64,000 nt of DNA from assembly GCA_030750765.1 (NCBI GenBank), contig JASMHM010000005.1, positions 14,256 to 78,255 of the forward strand. The letters run 5' to 3'. The translations under genes and the position numbers were made by a program. The notes beneath the pieces were generated by a model. It ran no database searches. It was not told where the DNA came from and was given only the letters and a program-made list of their open reading frames with translations. Within the stretch, counting starts at the first letter, position 1. Each line of letters begins with the position of its first letter. This DNA is from Candidatus Woesearchaeota archaeon. GTDB lineage: Archaea > Nanobdellota > Nanobdellia > Woesearchaeales > ARS49. Positions 60,519 to 64,000 of the stretch are shown here, piece by piece.

Positions 60519-60764
60519 TTACAGATCGTACCTTGTCACAGCATCACAATCGCTGCAAGTTTGCACCAACACGCCCTTTCTGATGCGTTTTTGCCATCGC
60601 GCAAGCGCGAAACATTCCTTACAGTACGTACGTTTGAGCTCTGGAGAAAGGTCTAGCCTTTTTTTCAAGCGAAGCAAATGAGCTTTCCTTACCAATTTTC
60701 GTTCATTAGCCTTATCTTTGGTCGCTTCCACCAACAATTTTTGAAACTCGTCTAACCCTGCCAC
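60519..60764 (-). CDS. rnp4: RNase P protein subunit Rpp21/Rpr2 (zinc ribbon)
   Basis: ANERKLVRKAHLLRLKKRLDLSPELKRTYCKECFALARWQKRIRKGVLVQTCSDCDAVTRYDL matches the Rpp21 basic helix plus CxxC...CxxC ribbon. Confidence 0.55.
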   Translation of the reverse strand: MAGLDEFQKLLVEATKDKANERKLVRKAHLLRLKKRLDLSPELKRTYCKECFALARWQKRIRKGVLVQTCSDCDAVTRYDL

Positions 60765-60833
60765 GACGGTGATAGAGATGTTTTGTATTTAAATGATACC
60801 CATCTTAATAAGCGGAACCACGCTTTCACTCTC

Positions 60834-61970
60834 ATGGGATGGCGTGATTGGTTCCGTCGAGAGACAGAAATTCCTGCTGCAGAACTAGAGGTGTGGCTCA
60901 AGGAAAAGGCTACAGAAAGACGCGAAGAGCAGCAAGAGGAAGCAAAAGCGTTCGCTAACAAACAAGAAGAGAGCCGAAAAAGTATTCTCACTGGACTAGA
61001 AGCCTTAGAAGCTGCAGAGTTGGGTAATGAAAAGATCCCTGTCAAGCACAAACATTTCATGGAAGGCAATCGTGCCACCTTTATGAAAGTGATCAATCAA
61101 GGCCTAGAGAACAATCGCTTGGATGATTTAGGAACAAAACTCCAAAGAAGCATGACCATACTGAACGAATTTTTCCAGAACGAAGTGATGGCGATCTTAG
61201 AATCTGTACGCAATTACGAAAACGCAAGGAAAGAACAGCTCGAACTCGAAGCAGAGAACGAATTTGAGGTTGTTCTCAATCGTTTGTCTGCGTACCAAAG
61301 AGGAAAGAAAGAAAAGTCGCATGTAGAAAACCAACAAGCGGTCCTTACCAAGGAAGTGGAAAGTTTACAACAACAATACGCTGACAGAGATGAGCGAGCG
61401 AGCAACCGATTGCTCCAACCTGACTTTCTTGGTGCCCAAGAAAACGCTGACAAGTTGGAAACGGCAAGCAAGCGCATGCGCGGTGAGATAGCAGACCTGT
61501 TCTCCCCTTTACGAGATGTACTAAAAAAATACGGTCACGCTCGCTTCCACCACAAGCAGTTGATGGACCAATACCTCGACGACGCGAGCGTTGCTCTGAG
61601 CACAGACATAGATCTAGAAGTGGTGGATGCTTTGGCATACGCAAAGAGCATGATAGCAAAGGAAGAGATCACGTTCAAGGATGATGGGAAAAAACAACGC
61701 GCACTGGATGCCATCGATTTTATTTCCAAAGAAGAGCTCACCGTGATGCTTCGCGAGTATGCTTTGTTGAGCAAGCAGGCAAAGGATGCAGATCGTTCGA
61801 GCAAAGAGCATGATGCCATCAAGATTTCAAAAAAACTGTCTGAAGAAGCGAAACAATTGCAAGCAAAACTGTCAGACAAAGAAAAAGCATTGCGCCGCGT
61901 GGAGGACATCAACGTGGAAATTGAGTATCCTCATGAATTGTTAGAAAAACTGAAAGTTAAAGTGGTTTGA
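60834..61970 (+). CDS. hypothetical coiled-coil protein
   Basis: Long K/E/Q-rich helical ORF. First in-frame ATG at 60834, ~40 nt downstream of TATA-like tatttaaa (60788-60793). Confidence 0.35.
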   Translation: MGWRDWFRRETEIPAAELEVWLKEKATERREEQQEEAKAFANKQEESRKSILTGLEALEAAELGNEKIPVKHKHFMEGNRATFMKVINQGLENNRLDDLGTKLQRSMTILNEFFQNEVMAILESVRNYENARKEQLELEAENEFEVVLNRLSAYQRGKKEKSHVENQQAVLTKEVESLQQQYADRDERASNRLLQPDFLGAQENADKLETASKRMRGEIADLFSPLRDVLKKYGHARFHHKQLMDQYLDDASVALSTDIDLEVVDALAYAKSMIAKEEITFKDDGKKQRALDAIDFISKEELTVMLREYALLSKQAKDADRSSKEHDAIKISKKLSEEAKQLQAKLSDKEKALRRVEDINVEIEYPHELLEKLKVKVV

Positions 61971-63069
61971 GTGCGGGTAATTCTTTGCCTTCCAGCACCA
62001 TCAGCATGGCACCGCCGCCACTGCACACATGGCTGTAACCTTTAATTTTTGCTGCCACGGTTATGGTGTCTCCGCCACCAATCACGCTCATCGCTTTTGC
62101 TTTCGCGATGGCTTTGGCAATCTTTTTGCTGCCGCTGGAAAATCTTTTGTCCTCAAACATGCCCATTGGCCCGCTCCACAAAATTGTTTTTGCGTTGTTG
62201 ATGATCTCTGAAAAGATTGCGGTTGTTTCTGGTCCGTTGTCCAAGCATCGGGCATCTTTTGGCACGTTATCTGCCCCTACCGTGTTCGTTTTCCCTTTGT
62301 GTAAGATTTTGAAATCTACCGGAAGCATGATTTTTTTGGATTGCAACAACGCTTTGGTTGGGTACTCTTCTCCGACGGTGATGCCTACTTCTTTCCCCAT
62401 ATTTTTGTAAAAAGTAAGTGCCATCGCACCTCCAATGAGGATGGCGTCTGCTTTCTTGAGAAGGGTTTTTATGACTGCTCCTTTGTCTTTCATTTTCACG
62501 CCACCCAGCACCACAACGTACGGTTTCTTGGGTTTGTTCAAACTTTGTAGCATGCGCATCTCTGCTTCCACTTCCAAACCTGCAGCTGACGGCAACAATT
62601 TTGGGATGCCAGTCATGCTGGCATGGTCTCTATGCGAGTTAGAAAACGCATCTTGGACAAACACTTGCGCCTGGCTTGCTAATTTCTTGGCAAATGATAG
62701 ATCATTTTCTTCTTCCTCTTTATGGTAGCGAAGATTTTCGAGCATGAAGATCTGGCCTGGTTTTGCGTGCGCAACAATAGGTCCTACGCCAACGCAATCA
62801 TCCAAATGAGTCACCTTCTTGTTGAGCAGTTCGCTTAATCGTTCGGCTATGGGGAGGGTGCTCACACCTTTCAATCTTTTTCCATGCGGTCTGCCCACGT
62901 GACAGATGATTATAATGACTGCTTGTTGTTTGAGCAAGTATTTGATGGTGGGCAACCCATCAACAATCCTTTGATCGTCCACGACCTTACCCTCTTTAAT
63001 GGGCACGTCAAAACCTGCTCTTAGAAGTACTCGCTTATTTTTTACTGGAAGCTGCTTGAGTGTTCGCAT
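61957..63069 (-). CDS. pgk: phosphoglycerate kinase
   Basis: N-domain KRVLLRAGFDVP...DDQRI...LPTIKYLL...CHVGRPHG. C-domain WSGPMGMFE...IGGGDT...SGGGAMLMVLEGKELP. Confidence 0.85.
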   Translation of the reverse strand: MRTLKQLPVKNKRVLLRAGFDVPIKEGKVVDDQRIVDGLPTIKYLLKQQAVIIIICHVGRPHGKRLKGVSTLPIAERLSELLNKKVTHLDDCVGVGPIVAHAKPGQIFMLENLRYHKEEEENDLSFAKKLASQAQVFVQDAFSNSHRDHASMTGIPKLLPSAAGLEVEAEMRMLQSLNKPKKPYVVVLGGVKMKDKGAVIKTLLKKADAILIGGAMALTFYKNMGKEVGITVGEEYPTKALLQSKKIMLPVDFKILHKGKTNTVGADNVPKDARCLDNGPETTAIFSEIINNAKTILWSGPMGMFEDKRFSSGSKKIAKAIAKAKAMSVIGGGDTITVAAKIKGYSHVCSGGGAMLMVLEGKELPALKPL

Positions 63070-63093
63070 GACTTTGAGCAGGCCTTCCCTTAT

Positions 63094-63489
63094 TTATTGT
63101 TGTCGGAACTCGTCCCAGATTAATCCGATAACGCCTAGGGTTATCGCAGCATCAGCAATGTTGAAGACCGGCCAGAAACCTACGTTGATGAAATCTATCA
63201 CGCCACCGTACAGTATTCGGTCAAGGATGTTGCCTGCGGCACCGCCAACCACAAGTGCGAGCATGTGACTGCACCACGCATTCTTGATCAAACTCGTTCG
63301 ATACTTGTAGATACCGACGAGAATCAGGACACTCACTGCTAGCCAGAGCAGATTGTTTTGACCCATACCAAACAACGTGCCGGTGTTCTGGATAGACATG
63401 GAAGCAAAGATATGTTTTGATATTCTGTCTAGCACAAGAATGAGTAATGCTATGCGAACAAAGCTACCACTGAGCGTCTTTTTTATCAT
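63094..63489 (-). CDS. lspA: lipoprotein signal peptidase (SPase II)
   Basis: Four TM helices with conserved LspA blocks NTG..FG and [10 protein letters not shown]...[26 protein letters not shown] (both catalytic Asp contexts). Confidence 0.65.
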   Translation of the reverse strand: MIKKTLSGSFVRIALLILVLDRISKHIFASMSIQNTGTLFGMGQNNLLWLAVSVLILVGIYKYRTSLIKNAWCSHMLALVVGGAAGNILDRILYGGVIDFINVGFWPVFNIADAAITLGVIGLIWDEFRQQ

Positions 63490-63871
63490 TGGATTTTTGT
63501 TCGATTCTTTCTAATCGTTGCAACACATTTTCTAACTGTGCGCGTAGGGTATCCAGCTTTGCAATCACGACCTGCACATCTCGTTCCACGTTCATCATGG
63601 GCGGGCTAGGTGCTACCGGGTTTGGTTCGGGTGGCCCGGCTGGTGTGGTGAAGGGTTGTGGTGGTTCGGGTGGTGCGTTAAACGCGCCCATGTCCGGAGG
63701 TTTGGGATCTACCAATCCTCCGTGGGTGACACCTACCAAAGGTTCTGGATCTATGGCTGGAGCGCTGTCCGCTGCTGGTGGCGGGTTGTCTGGCTCTGGC
63801 AGGTCAAGATCTTTTTGTTTTCGCAAATGAAAATGTTTCAACCGGTCAAGAATGCCCATAAGCGCTTGCAA
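63464..63871 (-). CDS. hypothetical Pro-rich / coiled-coil protein, operonic with lspA
   Basis: ORF only. Overlaps the lspA start by 26 nt. Confidence 0.3.
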   Translation of the reverse strand: MQALMGILDRLKHFHLRKQKDLDLPEPDNPPPAADSAPAIDPEPLVGVTHGGLVDPKPPDMGAFNAPPEPPQPFTTPAGPPEPNPVAPSPPMMNVERDVQVVIAKLDTLRAQLENVLQRLERIEQKSNDKKDAQW

Positions 63872-64000
63872 GAACTACTCGTATAATAATGTTAGCATGT
63901 GCACACTCTATCCGGGTCGGTAGGGTGGGGGACGATTTATACATCTCCAGGATTGATCCGGTCCAAGTCGGTGCTTACAGATGGATAAGGATTTCTTTGG

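Noticed and set aside
63880-64000. Possible structured ncRNA (SRP RNA / tRNA-like GC-rich stems) at the window end.
   Set aside because: I could not fold a convincing tRNA or recognise SRP/RNase P conserved motifs by eye, and the window ends here.

Overview
Archaeal chromosomal segment. The evidence is the canonical rpoB-rpoA'-rpoA''-L30e-NusA(KH) operon, TrmB regulators, a class-III signal-peptide pilin with an A24 prepilin peptidase, Hel308, Dph2, RNase P Rpp21 and leaderless TATA(TTTATATA)-driven genes. Many split or truncated genes, small paralog expansions and giant surface proteins suggest a small-genome, possibly host-associated archaeon; this is inference.

Layout:
- 1-5.2 kb: conserved RNA polymerase operon. 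RpoA' carries an unusual N-terminal PEST tandem-repeat extension.
- 5.2-27 kb: mixed core and accessory genes. These include a thioredoxin-fold redoxin, a TIM-barrel protein with a coiled-coil insertion, hypothetical proteins, three TrmB paralogs, two orphan LivJ-type binding proteins around an ABC-2 exporter, dCTP deaminase, a Kef-type antiporter, an NFACT-R protein, a pilin and peptidase, tandem HIT-like genes, tRNA-Arg and a Hel308 fragment lacking its ATPase domain.
- 27-30.7 kb: an integration junkyard between tRNA-Ile and tRNA-Asn. It holds an AT-rich cargo block bounded by repeats of the tRNA-Ile 3' end, an AbrB antitoxin next to a frameshifted VapC pseudogene, and a truncated dph2 fragment.
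- 30.4-60.5 kb: a ~30 kb island dominated by three giant cysteine-rich, sequon-rich surface proteins of 1450, 3789 and 3753 aa.
  - The first two giant ORFs are in one reading frame separated by a single TAG; joined they would be about 5265 codons.
  - Recognisable domains are parallel beta-helix, ConA/LamG-like lectin, an FG-GAP integrin-like propeller, EGF-like Cys repeats and a lipase-type alpha/beta-hydrolase.
  - The giants end in transmembrane anchors with basic cytoplasmic tails.
  - Three small paralogous proteins flank giant 3, and one of them shares the giant's tail motif.
- 60.5-64 kb: core genes Rpp21, a coiled-coil protein, pgk and a bacterial-type LspA.
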